A stretch of DNA of 64,000 bases, from contig CATNEN010000038.1 in assembly GCA_950097015.1 (NCBI GenBank), positions 23,188,001 through 23,252,000 on the forward strand, read 5' to 3'. Position 1 is the stretch's first letter. Every line of letters starts with the position of its first letter. The position numbers and the translations under genes are program-made. Of this stretch, positions 26,669 through 39,213 are shown piece by piece. This stretch comes from Macrostomum hystrix (lineage: Eukaryota > Animalia > Platyhelminthes). The notes under the pieces were generated by a model. It worked only from the letters and a program-made list of their open reading frames with translations. It searched no databases and was not told the DNA's origin.

Positions 26669-27949
26669 TTAACAAGTCAATTAGGTATATCTGAAATAGA
26701 GAAGAAAAGAAAATGCAAAAGAATTGAGTTTCTTAGCGTAAAGAGAGGTAATCAATGATTTTACTTATAAACACATTTAAATGTTAGCTAACTTCAAACA
26801 CGCATGCTACACAGAAAATAGGGCATTTAAAAAACTAATGCACTCACTGAAATACGGCACTTTCAGGGTTAAAAAAACAACAATCAGAAAAAAAATCTAA
26901 AGACAGCTATGCACTACTTAGAGTAGTTAAGCATTTAAAACGAACAAATTTTATACCCCTACAAATACCACCATGCACATACAGAAAAGTAAAAAATCAT
27001 AAACTTAAGCACAAAGCAAAAGAAGTGCATTACAAGCGGCTGTGAAAAAAGTGCAAATTGGTGAAGCTTTGAATAAATTCAATAGTTTGTGCAGAGTAAC
27101 AATCAACTCGTAGAATATAACGACAGGTACGTTTCAAGCATGATTAAGTGAATAAAAATCTGATTTAAAAAACGAATTGCTTAGAACCCGGATAGAAAAA
27201 ACAATTGGAATGATTGTGGTAAAATAATTGACAAATAGATAATAAAAAGACTTTGATATATGCCAACATAACCGGTCTACTCTACCGATAGTAGTGCAAG
27301 TAGAATATGGAGTGTCATTAAGCTTTATTAAAAACGCGTTGGAAAATGCAAAAAACTATTAAAAAGCAAGCAGGTCTTAAAAACAGCCGCAAAGGATTAA
27401 GGCCTAGCTGCACGATATGCAGCAAAGCGACAATAATCCTGCAGTCAAGACTTCTTAACAGTAGAATTACCAAGGGATGTGGGGAATTTCACCTCCTTAC
27501 AATTATTTGTACTGCATCCGAACGGAGCATATCAGATCATCGAGATATTCAACGGTTCTGGGTGAAGGTCAGATCAGAAGGTCAGAGCTAGTGTATTGCT
27601 GAAGTGTGCCTCAGTGCGGCCTTGCCAGGCCTTCAAACTATATCAGCATGTCACCCGAGTGTACCTGCATCATCTCCGACTTCGGTGGTCACCGACTTTT
27701 ATCTAGGCGGAGCTGCTGGACCTGCAACAAGTGGCAACAGCCGAATATGGACACCCAGATGCAAATTTGTCGCCTTTCGCCTGATCAAGCCTCAATATAC
27801 GACAAAGCTCAACCACAGGCCTCTAGCCTAGTCTGTCAACCAGTCAGTCACCACCCCGACGCCGTCAGCACCGTCAGCAGAGTGCCTCCAGCTGACTATG
27901 GAGTCCCTAAAACGGACGGCGAAATGGCTTTTATAAAAGTTCTTTTTAA

Positions 27950-30900
27950 CTAACGCTTTAAAGTTGACGAGCCTCTAGTTGGCGGCGAGGGCGGCGGCAG
28001 GTCGTCACGAGCTCCATGTCGACGATTTGTCGGCGGCAGCGGCGGCGGAGTCTGCTGAATCGATCCTCCGGTTGCTGCAGCTGAAGCTGATCTAGGAGGC
28101 GGCGCTGGCTGTTGCGCAACGGCGGGCACAAACGGCCGACTGGCTGGCAGGCCGGCGGATTCGCGACGCGGCGGTGGCTGAGCTGGAGGCAGTTGTTGAA
28201 TGATGCCGGAACTAACAGCAGCCGAATGAGGCTGCGCAATGCCCTGAAGGCGTCGTGTTTTTAAACACGTTCTTAAAAATTCATTTGATTTTCACTAGAC
28301 CAACAAAGGTTCACTAATCCTAAAACCTGTTCACTAATCCTACAGCTTGTTCCATAATCCTAAAACCTGTTCACTAATCCTATAACCTGTTCACTAATCC
28401 TACAACCTGTTCCATAATCCTATAACCTGTTCACTAATCCTACAACCTGTTCTATAATCCTATAACCTGCTTCCTAATCCTACAACCTGTTCACTAATCC
28501 TACATCCTGTTTACTAATCCTATAACCTGTGCTCTAATCCTATAATATGTTCACAAATCTTATAACCTGTTTACTAATCCTAGAACCTGTTCACTAATAT
28601 TAAAACTCGTCTATCGACCTTAAAATTCGTCTATCGATTTCTGAACTCATCCATCCGCCATCAGAGCGTGTCCCAGTCAGAGCTCTCACCTGGTAAGTGG
28701 GATTCGACACCAGTTGAGCGGCTGCGCCAGTGCGCGGTCGTCGAGTAGCCGTCGAGGATGTCGCCGATGGCATTGTTGGCACTGGCGTTGCACTCTGTGC
28801 AGCTCTCTGCTTCTGCTGACTCTGCTTTCTCTCGATAAGCTGTTGCAGCTGTTGCAGCTTAGCAGATGTCGACTCAGCGGCGTCCGGGAAGCCGCCATCA
28901 TCGTCGCCACCGCTAGACAAAGCTGTCGACTTACCCGAAGCCGACGCTGAAGCAGACGCGGATGCCAGAGTCGCTGCCCGCCTACTGGCTGGCGAAGCCT
29001 GCTGCCTGTGTCCGCTGCTCCGGTACTGGTCCAGCATGCGCTCCTCAAGGTCAGCCTTCTGCTTCTGCAGCGAACCGAGCATCTCGCGTAGAAGCCTCTC
29101 TTCCGAGTTGCTGCCTTCAGCAGTCTTGGACGGTGTGCCGTCTTCGGCCCGCCTGTTGGCAATCAGATCCTGATTCTGTGCCACCAGCTGGCGCATTTCG
29201 GCCGCCAAATTCGCATTCTCGCCAGTTAGGCGCCGCTCGTTGGCTTCTAATTTAGCTAGTAGGTCACGAGTTCGAGTCAGCTCGGATTCGGCTTCGGCTA
29301 GGGCGGCTTCGCGATCCGCTAATCGACGCCGGACTGATGCCAAATCGGTGGCCAAACCGCGAGCCTCGGACTCGCTGCGCTCTTTGGCGGCCTGCAGTCG
29401 AGACTGTTCGCTGGACAAACTGGCCAAGTCAGCTTGCAGTTGCACGCATCTGAGTGTTGGAAAAGCTGGGTTAGGAAATTGGCTTGCATATTTCCCACCT
29501 CCCGGGTTCTTCCTCCTGATTGTCCATCTCCCCCCAGATTCTTCCTTCTGATACTCAACCTCGTGGGTTCTTCCTCCTGATTATCCACCTCCCTCAAGAT
29601 TCTTCCTCCTGATACTCCACTTCCTCCTGATACTCCACTTCCTCCTGATACTCCACTTCCTCCTGATACTCCACTTCCTCCTGATACTCCACTTCCTCCT
29701 GATACTCCACTTTCTCCTGATACTCCACCTCCCCCGGATCCTTCAGCCTGAATCTCAACCTCCCGGATTCTTCCTCCTGAATCTTTATCTGTGTTCTCCC
29801 TATAAGATTCTTCTAATTCTCCTCTCTTGTGGTAATTCTTCCCCTAGTATTCTTCCTCACATTTCTCTCCTCTAGAACCTTATCCAGAGAGTCTCCCCGG
29901 AAGTTTTTTACGAATCTTATTCCCAGTGGAAGAAAAGCATGTTCAGCTCACCTTCTAGCATCCTCGGCCAGATCCTTGGTCTCGCTCTGCAACGCCTCCT
30001 GAAGATGTTTCAATCCTTCAGCTTCGCCAATCAAACGTTCAATCAGAGCTTCGCGTTCTTTTAATTCCTGCTTGCGCTGCTTAGACTCGGCTACAACTTT
30101 CTGCTTCTCCGAATGGGCCAACTCAAGCTCGGTTGCTAGGCGATCGTGAAGCCGGCGCAACTGCTCATAGTCAGCTGTCAGTCTGGCATGATCCTTGTCT
30201 AGAGAGTGCAGACGACTCTGCTGCTCGCTGACCAGCGATTGAAGTCTGCAGAGATTTATGAAATTAATATTTAACTGAGTTTACCTACGCTTTATCAATC
30301 AACTGTAATCCCTACCTGATCCATCAGATTACTGTAATCCCCACCTGATCCATCAGATAACTGTAATCCCCACCAGATCCATCAGATAACTGTAATCCCT
30401 ACCTGATCTATCAGAACTATAATCCCTACCTGATCCATCAGATAACTGTAATCCCTACCTGATCTATCAGAACTATAATCCCTACCTGATCCATCAGATA
30501 ACTGTAATCCCTACCTGATCCATCAGATAACTGTAATCCCACCTGATCTATCAGAACTATAATCCCTACCTGATCCATCAGATAACTGTAATCCTACCTG
30601 ATCCATCAGATAACTGTAATCCCTACCTGATCCATCAGATAACTGTAATCCTACCTGATCCATCAGATAACTGTAATCCCTACCTGATCCATCAGATAAC
30701 TGTAATCCTACCTGATCCATCAGATAACTGTAATCCCTACCTGATCCATCAGATAACTGTAATCCCTACCTGATCCATCAGATAACTGTAATCCTACCTG
30801 ATCCACTACATTGTTAGTCCGCACGAGAAGCCTCTTCGCAATAATCAATAGAAAGAAGCTCACTTGTCAACTTCAATTTTGAGTGCCTCCCCAGCCGACA

Positions 30901-33900
30901 CAGCTCCGGCCAGTTGAACATTGGAGCTGGCCAATTGTCGATGCAGATCGCTTAATTCGTCCTGAGCGGCTGATAATCTTTCCTCGGCTGAGTTGGCTCG
31001 CTCGCGCCAATTTGAAATTGACGCCGATTGAGTCGATCGCTCAGTTTCCAATGCCGCATTCCGACGCTCAAGTTGAATTAAACGATCTTTTACGCAAAGA
31101 AGATCCTTTTCAAATTGATTAAAAAGCGATGATTTAAGCCATTGTTTAATATAGCATTTTGCAGGCTAGTAGAGAAAACAAGCAAGCAATTAAATAATCG
31201 ATGACTAATAATTGCTTGCTTGTTTTCTCTACTAGCCTGCAAAATGCTATAGTAGAACGACCACTGCTTTTCTGCATATCCTAAAACGTTATGGAAATGC
31301 TGAACACGTGCTTAAAATGTTCCGCGCTATCCAATTATACAACGTCCAGAATCACATAACATAGCCATCGTCGAGATATTCAAGATGTCGAGATGTCTTC
31401 GACAAAAATCGCTGAATATCTCGATGATGCTGGCGTTGGACGGCATCGTAAAGGGCGGAAAATGTTGATCCGAAAGGTGGACTTTCACTCCCGGTCATTC
31501 GGTTTGGGAGCTGTCGCGAAGTATTTCCCCAAAGTAAAACGGAATTAGAAAATAATGTCTTTTTTAATATAAGGCATTCAAACTAATTTCGTACCAGTTT
31601 TGAACGGCAACATCACAAAGACCATTTAACTAGGACAAAGACCACAGCTCAGCCCCCAACTCTACCTGCAAATGCCGACCGCCCGCAGCGCCGCCTCCGG
31701 CTTCGGCTTCGTCTAGAGCCAACTCCGCCCGTCTCCTGGCGACCTCCTCGGCTTCAAGCCTGTCTCTGGCCTGCTCCAGCTCCGACTGCATCGCCGCCAC
31801 CCGGCCCTCCAAAGCTGCCACGGCGGCTCCAGTTGTGGCAGCCTGTCGTCGCTCCTGACTAATCAGAGCCTGACAACGGACCTTCTCCTGTACTAGCTGG
31901 TCGCGAAGGCTCGCCGCTGTGCCCCGCTCCAGGCTGAGACTGCTCAACAACTGTAGGCGCTCCTTCTCTAATTCGTGCAGTTCGGCATTTGAACAGTCCA
32001 GCTCCGCGAGTTGAGCGCGAAGCGAGTCGGCTTCAGCCCTAGCAGCGGCGGCTTCTTTGGCGGCCGATTCGGCTGACGCGGTGGCGGCGTCGGCGATGCG
32101 ACGCAATCTGCGCGCCTCCTTGTCGGCGCAAGCTCGAGCGTCGACTGAGTCGACGGCCGCTGAGCGCAACGCGGCGGCGTCTGATCGGACACTAGCCAGT
32201 TCGCGTTGTAAACTGGCATGCGCCTGCTCTAGATCCTCTAGCTGACTTTGAGTACTGCTGGCCTGCATGAAGGAGGGTAGTGAAATTATCGGCTTATTCT
32301 ACTGTTTTATGCTACTAACACTAGACTGGATCCGATCTGCTTGTATTTATCTGACAATTGTATTTATCTGACAATTGTATTTATCTGACAACTACTCAAG
32401 ATCTGACACTAATCTAGATCTCAGACCAGCCAATATCCAACCTTAGCTTCAGCACGTTTGAAGTCGGCCGTCAGGCGTTGAATCTCAGCGGCGTCAACGT
32501 CGACTCTACCAGCTGCGGCCGTCTTGGCCAATTCGACTTCTCGCTCCAATCTTTTGCAGCGATCCTCGGAGGCGGCCAGTTTGTCGGCTAACTCGGCAGC
32601 CTCTGATTGGGCCTCCCGAAGCTGCCGGCGAGCGGCTAATCGCTCTTCGGCTCGACTGGCTTCAGCTTCGGCGTCCAATCGTAGACAGTCGGCGAGTGAT
32701 TCTCCTCCGGCAACAGTTCTGATTGGCTGAGCAGCGACGTTAGAGGCGGCTGAGGTGGCGCCGGAAGCTAAGGCAACTTCTAGTTCGGAGTTAGCGCGAT
32801 TCAGTTCGGCTAGACGACACCTGGCACTGTCGAGAGCTGCCGTCAGCTCCGAATTCGATTGACGAAGTCGGGCTAACTCGCTCTGCTGTTGTCGAGTCTA
32901 GGGGCGAGGCAGGCATATGCAAGTCATGAATATTGACGATGATTATGGCCTTGAAAGTCATAAAAACTATATAATGAAGGTATGTGTACAGTGATCATCC
33001 TGAACATCACGAAGGTCAATGTACATTGATCATCCTGAACATCACGAAGGTCAATGTACATTGATCATCCTAAACTGACCTAAACATCACGAAGGTCAAT
33101 GTACAGTGATCATACTAAAACATCACGAAGGTCAATTGTACAGTGATCATCCTGAACATCACGAAGGTCAGTGTACATTGATCATCCTGAACATCACGAA
33201 GGTCAATGTACATTGATCAACCGAATGTCACGAAGGTCAGTGTACATTGATCATCCTGAACATCACGAAGGTCAGTGTACAGTGATCATCCTGAACATCA
33301 CGCAGGTCAGTGTACAGTGATCATCCTGAACATCACGCAGGTCAGTGTACATTGATCATCCTGAACATCACGCAGGTCAATGTACATTGATCATCCTGAA
33401 CATCCCGCAGGTTAGTGTACAGTGATCATCCTGAACATCACGCAGGTCAGTGTACATTGATCATCCTGAACATCACGCAGGTCAGTGTACATTGATCATC
33501 CTGAACATCACGAAGCTCAGTGTACAGTGATCATCCTGAACATCACGAAGGTCAATGTACATTGATCAACCGAATATCACGAAGGTCAATGTACAGTGAT
33601 CATCCTGAACATCACGAAGGTCAATTGTACAGTGATCATCCTGAACATTACGAAGGTCAATGTACATTGATCAACCGAATATCACGAAGGTCAATGTACA
33701 GTGATCATCCTGAACATCACGAAGGTCAATTGTACAGTGATTATCCTGGACATCACGAAGGTCAATGTACATTAACCATCCTACGTATAACGAAGGTGTG
33801 TACATTGATCAACCGAATATCACGAAGGTCAATGTACATTGATCATCCTGAACATCAATAAGCCCTACTAACCTTATCAGCAGCGCCCTGGGCCGCCTCC

Positions 33901-36185
33901 AAAGCTTCCTCCAGTTCTGCTAATTGCCTACGCAACGCCAAACACTCGGCCTGTCCAGCCTCGTCAGCTCGAATCCTGGCCGCCTCGGCTGCTTTCAGCC
34001 GATCCCGCAGTCGATCCGTTTCGCTCTCCAGCCTGGAAGCCGCCATCAGTCGCTCTCTGGCTGCGTCAAGTTCGTCGCGAAGCAGCTTAGCCGAGGTTGC
34101 CCCGGTTGCTAGGCGACCGTTTTCGTCGCGTAGGCGAGCAGCGGTCGGACGCAATTCGGCTAGTTCAGCCTCGGCGTCGGCGAGAGCGTCGGCGATTTCA
34201 TCGCGTTCGGCTCGCAGGCGACGAAGTCGGGATTGAAGCTCGGCAACCTCAACTATTGCGTGCTGCTGTTGCTGCTGCTGCTGTTGTTGTTGTTGCGACT
34301 GCGAATTTTTTTTTGGACTCGTATTTAGATTTCAATCTTAGAATTGAATCTTTGATACGTCAAATTTAAATCTTCGATACCTACGATTGGAGTCTTCGAT
34401 ACCTCAGATAGGAATCTTCGATACATCAGATAGGAATCTTCGATACCTCAGATAGGAATCTTCGATACCTCAGATTGGAATCTTTGATACCTCAGATTGG
34501 AATCTTCGATACCTCAGAGTGGAATCTTCGATACCTCAGATTGGAATCTTCGATACCTCAGATTGGAATCTTCGATACCTCAGATTGGAATCTTCGATAC
34601 CTCAGATTGGAATCTTCGATACCTCAGATTGGAATCTTCGATACCTCAGATTGGAATCTTCAATACCTCAGATTGGAATCTTCGATACCTCAGATTGGAA
34701 TCTTCGATACCTCAGATTGGAATCTTCGATACCTCAGATTGGAATCTTCGATACCTAATTTTAACAACCAATCGGGGCGGGGCGTACGTTTGTACTCACC
34801 TGCGAAATAGAACCATCTTCTCCATCGCTGAGCAGTCGGCAACCGGCGAATTCTGTCTGCGCCTTCTTTAGTCGCAGCAACAGCTCGCCTGCTTCTACTA
34901 GAAGTTGATCGCGTTGATCCCTTAGCTTTAGCATGGAATGCCAAGCTTGTGGCGTTAGGCTTGCCTCGGCAACCAGGTGGCAACCATCCCCAAATAAGCT
35001 GCTTTCTTGATCATAGGCGGTGGAGTCAGTAGTCGAGGACGCGTCAAAAATGTCAGCCGGCATTACAGTGCGCAGAAGGTTGACAAATCTGCATTTTGTT
35101 AAAAGTACTTTTACAACCTGTCGAGCTGCGAACTGGAAGTCAACCTATCTAAACACGCTTCTGTTGCTTCCATTGCTCTTCACGTCATTCCCTCACTCTC
35201 CCTTTCATTCCCTCACTCTCCCTTTCATTCCCTCACTCTCCCTTTCATTCCCTCACCCTCCCTTTCATTCCCTCACTCTCCCTTTCATTCCCTCACTCTC
35301 CCTTTCATTCCCTCACTCTCCCTTTCATTCCCTCACCCTCCCTTTCATTCCCTCACTCTCCCTTTCATTCCCTCACCCTCCCTTTCATTCCCTCACTCTC
35401 CCTTTCATTCCCTCACTCTCCTTTGATTGCCTCACTCTCCTTTCATTCCCTCACTCTCCCTTTCATTCCCTCACTCTCCTTTCATTCCCTCACTCTCCCT
35501 TTCATTCCCTCACTCTCCTTTCATTCCCTCACTCTCCCTTTCATTCCCTCACTCTCCCTTTCATTCCCTCACTCTCCTTTCATTCCCTCACTCTCCTTTC
35601 ATTCCCTCACTCTCCCTTTCATTCCCTCACTCTTCTCTTCAGTGTCCACTCCTCTTTCTCCATTTTAATAACTAACCTGGCTAATTCTTGATCATCAAAA
35701 GTAGCTTGCAGATTAGTTACGAAGCGTTCCTTGCAAGCTTCACTTTGAGCCGCAGCTCCTAGTAGCAACAGTAGACAGCTGAACATTTCGGCATCTTCGC
35801 TAGATGGATTTGATGCACTCACACTGCCGCTGTGAGCCTTGTCTAACAAGCGAACATGATTAGTAGGCGGTATTAAAATGCAACTAGCCAGTTCTCGCTC
35901 ATAGAACTCGGCTAATCTTCGATGCAATATGCGCCAATTGTGCAATTGTCTAACTAGACTGCCATCTGAATCGAAGATGTCATTATCTCTCAGCTTATCT
36001 GCTGTACCGCCATCAGGATCAATTTGACAATAGACAGTATTTAGCAGGGAGCCATCTAAAAGCCAATTCCAATCGATAATTTTTCCTGAATTTGTTTCAA
36101 CAGTTGATGGTAGATGGCCAGCAAAGCTGCGCAACCATCTGCCAATAAGGTCGGAGTCGCTAGCACTACCCACCAACTCAGTCAT
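27950..36185 (-). CDS. Girdin/Daple-like (CCDC88 family) Hook-domain long coiled-coil protein, about 9 exons
   Basis: Exon 36185-35677 is a Hook N-terminal domain (WLRSF..LLDGSLLNTVYCQIDP..LAEFYERELA..LLLLLGAAAQSEACKERFV). Further exons: 35088-34800, ~34300-33873 (LRDELDAARER..SRLESE), ~32897-32442, ~32262-31666, ~31060-30864, ~30244-29952, ~29448-28690 (QKADLEERMLDQYR, compare the CCDC88 motif QKEKLEEKIMDQYK) and 28243-27950 (Pro-rich tail). Confidence 0.85.
28310..28598. repeat. Intronic 20-bp minisatellite (CTAATCCTATAACCTGTTCA)n
   Basis: Visible tandem units. Confidence 0.9.
29490..29790. repeat. Intronic 18-bp minisatellite (CTTCCTCCTGATACTCCA)n
   Basis: Visible tandem units. Confidence 0.85.
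30300..30805. repeat. Intronic 29-bp minisatellite (CAGATAACTGTAATCCCTACCTGATCCAT)n
   Basis: Visible tandem units. Confidence 0.93.
31150..31251. repeat. Perfect 43-bp inverted repeat with 16-nt spacer
   Basis: 31150-31192 TATAGCATTTTGCAGGCTAGTAGAGAAAACAAGCAAGCAATTA is the exact reverse complement of 31209-31251. Confidence 0.92.
32975..33858. repeat. Intronic 35-bp minisatellite (TGTACATTGATCATCCTGAACATCACGAAGGTCAR)n
   Basis: Visible tandem array. Confidence 0.94.
34370..34757. repeat. Intronic 22-bp minisatellite (GATTGGAATCTTCGATACCTCA)n
   Basis: Visible tandem array. Confidence 0.95.
35186..35632. repeat. Intronic 20-bp minisatellite (CCTCACTCTCCCTTTCATTC)n
   Basis: Visible tandem array. 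Confidence 0.95.
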
Positions 36186-38856
36186 GCTCCAATATTGGAT
36201 TGATAGGTGTTTGACCCCCTGTTTGGCCAATAAACCGAGACTGGTGACTGGAATTGTATGCGAGGAAAGTATAGCTTAGCAGCAGGTTGAAGTGCAGAAA
36301 GCGATTAACTAAATTATAATAGTTTAAAAAGATTGTGAACTTTTTTGACAATTTTTTACTTTAAAACTTAATTATTTTGGTGCTAGTCACTTTGTCATGA
36401 ACCATACTATCATATTGGACTGACTAATTTAAACTGAGCACTGATTGACAGATAATTAAGTGACTAAGGTTTTACTTAGTAAGCAATTTAAAGTTGGCAA
36501 CTAGACTGAAATGTACGAGTAATAAACTCAGTTTGTTATAATCTGCTCATTTGCATGTAATGTAACCATGGAAACAGCTAAAGTTCATCTTGTACATCCA
36601 ATGGATAGATAGAAAAACTTTGATTTGAGAAATATATATTTGGCTTTGGCCAATTCAGCCCAGCATGTACATTCTAGAATTCACATTGAACATGGTACTA
36701 CATTGAACCAAGGGTAGTTGTTGTGTACAGTATTAAGAAAATTATGCAAAAAGCAACAAAATTGTTGCTTTCAAGCAATTATAGACATTCCATATTGCCT
36801 GTTGTGATGAATTAAAATTAACAAATAAGCATTAGCTGACCAGTAGGTGTTAAACTGTCATTTGTTGTGTATTTCCGGATTTTATTCGGATATAATATAA
36901 TCAAATCTAATTTCAGAAAGGAATAATATAACAAATTATGTTATATTGTTATAGGGTTGCTGCTCTAGCCTATTGCTGGATGAGGAAGTGAATAAATGCT
37001 TTGCAAGCTTTCATTAGTATGTAACAAAGTGACAAAGGGCAAAGTTATGTTGGCAAATGGCTTTTGATAAAAAACAATATGATAAAGTGACTAGGATCAA
37101 ATTATTCTAATATAACTAGCTCATTAAAGTAATAGGCCTAACTTCTGAGCCTTTGGTGAAAGGTTTTAGATTAGTATTAGCTACACTAAAAGCAACTCAA
37201 AAAAACTTCTCTTGCTCACTCCCTTTTGCTGTTCCTATTTTAGATTAGGAAAATAATTTTTCTGAAAATTTTCAGGTGGTACAGTCTTTACAGAAGGACT
37301 ATGATTAAATCCTTAAGGCTGTGTAAGATCTTAAGATTTAAGGCCTAGTCAGAAAATAATAAAATTCTGCTGATCTTCTGGCATGTTAATTGATATGATA
37401 TTAAGGTGTTTAAAATATTTTCTGTTCAGTTAAGGTCAAGTTGGCCTACCTGTCTGCTCATGAATTTCACTAGTCTACAAATAAGTAAACTAAGTAGGCC
37501 TGAAAGATATGACAGTAGATGAAGAAGTGAACCTAAAGTACTTAGATTAATATTAGATTTAGATATTAGATTTAATATTTGCAATATTGCCCATTTTTTC
37601 ATGGCATTTGTAGGGATGCTGGATTTGTTAGAGATTTTTTCTAATAACCAATATAAAAAATCTGTGCAAAAACTTTTTCCATGAATACCTTTAATGTCTT
37701 AAAAAATAGTGCATGCTAAGATAAATAGTTATGAATGGATTTGGTTTAATTCTTGATCCATTAGGTTTTGCATTCTAAATGTACTTGTAGGGTGATAATT
37801 CCTAAAAATCATGTTAGGGCCTATTAGCTGCAGATACTAGTACAATTTCTTTTGGTAAAGCTTTGTTGGGCAAATAATATTCTGTATTCAAAATGGATCA
37901 TTTTCCTTAAACAAAACACATTAGGCCCTTTAAACTTTAATCCTATAAAATACTTTAGGTTTTCCATTCGACTTGATTCATGGGTCAATGACCCACTAGA
38001 AGACAGTGGGTTGTTGACTAACAATATTCTATAAAATTGTAGGCCTAGCTTGCCTGTAGGCTGTAACTTAAAAATGTGTGTGCAAATTAATTAGGGCCTA
38101 GTTCAAGTTTGCTTATAGTTTTTATAAAAAAGAAAGTCAAAAAATTAAAACTAAATATTGATTTTAACCTACTTTATGATAAATGAGAGCTTTATTGCAA
38201 AAGTGTAATTTTTGCTGTCATTAGTCATCATTGTCATAGTGCCAGATTAGGATATATATCTATGCCTAAAAAGTTCTTAGGTAGTTAGGCTCAACCTATA
38301 ATAAATATTATTAATCTTCAATATGTCCCTATGTCTCTATTGAAGTTCATACAGGATTTAACTGACCCAAACCCTTCAATCACCATGTCCTGTTCAGTGT
38401 GGTATTCCTAAGTATTAGGGTCTTTCCAAAACCTTTAGGCTAAAGGCCATCAATTATAAACTTAAGTAATCTTCAATAGGTCCCCTAGACTCTATTGAAA
38501 TGTAATCCTATTTATTTGCCATTCTCCCACAAATGAAATATCCAACAAAAAATTCTTTAAAAATCCTAATTCTAAATGTGCCACAAGGTGTGGTCATCCC
38601 TGTCATTCCATGATGATCTTGGAATCGAAGGTTGCTTAAGATTGAAGGTTGAAGATCACTTTTCAACCATATCTAATTTATGTCATTCCATAAAAAATGT
38701 AAATCAAAGAAAATGTTTTTCTTTCTATAAACTCAGCACCCTCAAAAACATGTATAGGGCCTATACATAGATTTATGTGCCTTCTAAAACTGGAACTGTT
38801 TTAAAGGATTAAAGTTGAAGAAGCCCAACACATCAATGGCATTTATTATGTGCAGG

Positions 38857-39213
38857 GGCAGAACAATTCGGTACCAGACTATACAGTAACACACATTTTG
38901 GTAACAACACAGGTACACTTTTGTAAAATGCTCAGAGACATTTTGATAACATGTCAGAAATAGTTACCGATAAATAGTCCCTCAAATACCCAAACCATGG
39001 TTGCCTCGTGTTTATTAGCATGTAACTACATACTGTAAATGTAAGCTAAAGATCAATGTGCTTGCAATCTTTAAAAATTAGATACACTAAAGGATGTTAC
39101 CGAAATGTCTCTAAAAATTCTGACATGTACTGAGTGTTACCTAAATGCACCTGTCTTGTTACCGAAATATCCGTTACCGAATTGTCTGTTAGGTCTACCG
39201 AATTGTCCTTAGG
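38857..39213. mobile_element. MITE/foldback-like element with reiterated subterminal inverted motifs
   Basis: The left side has ACAATTCGGTA, TTTTGGTAACA and TTTTGATAACA. The right side has the inverse motifs TGTTACCGAAATG, GTTACCGAATTGT and TACCGAATTGT. Confidence 0.55.

Noticed and set aside
32975-33858. CRISPR-like 35-bp repeats (also 7720-8072 and 26400-26668)
   Set aside because: Head-to-tail tandem units without unique spacers, in a eukaryotic gene context, with no cas genes.
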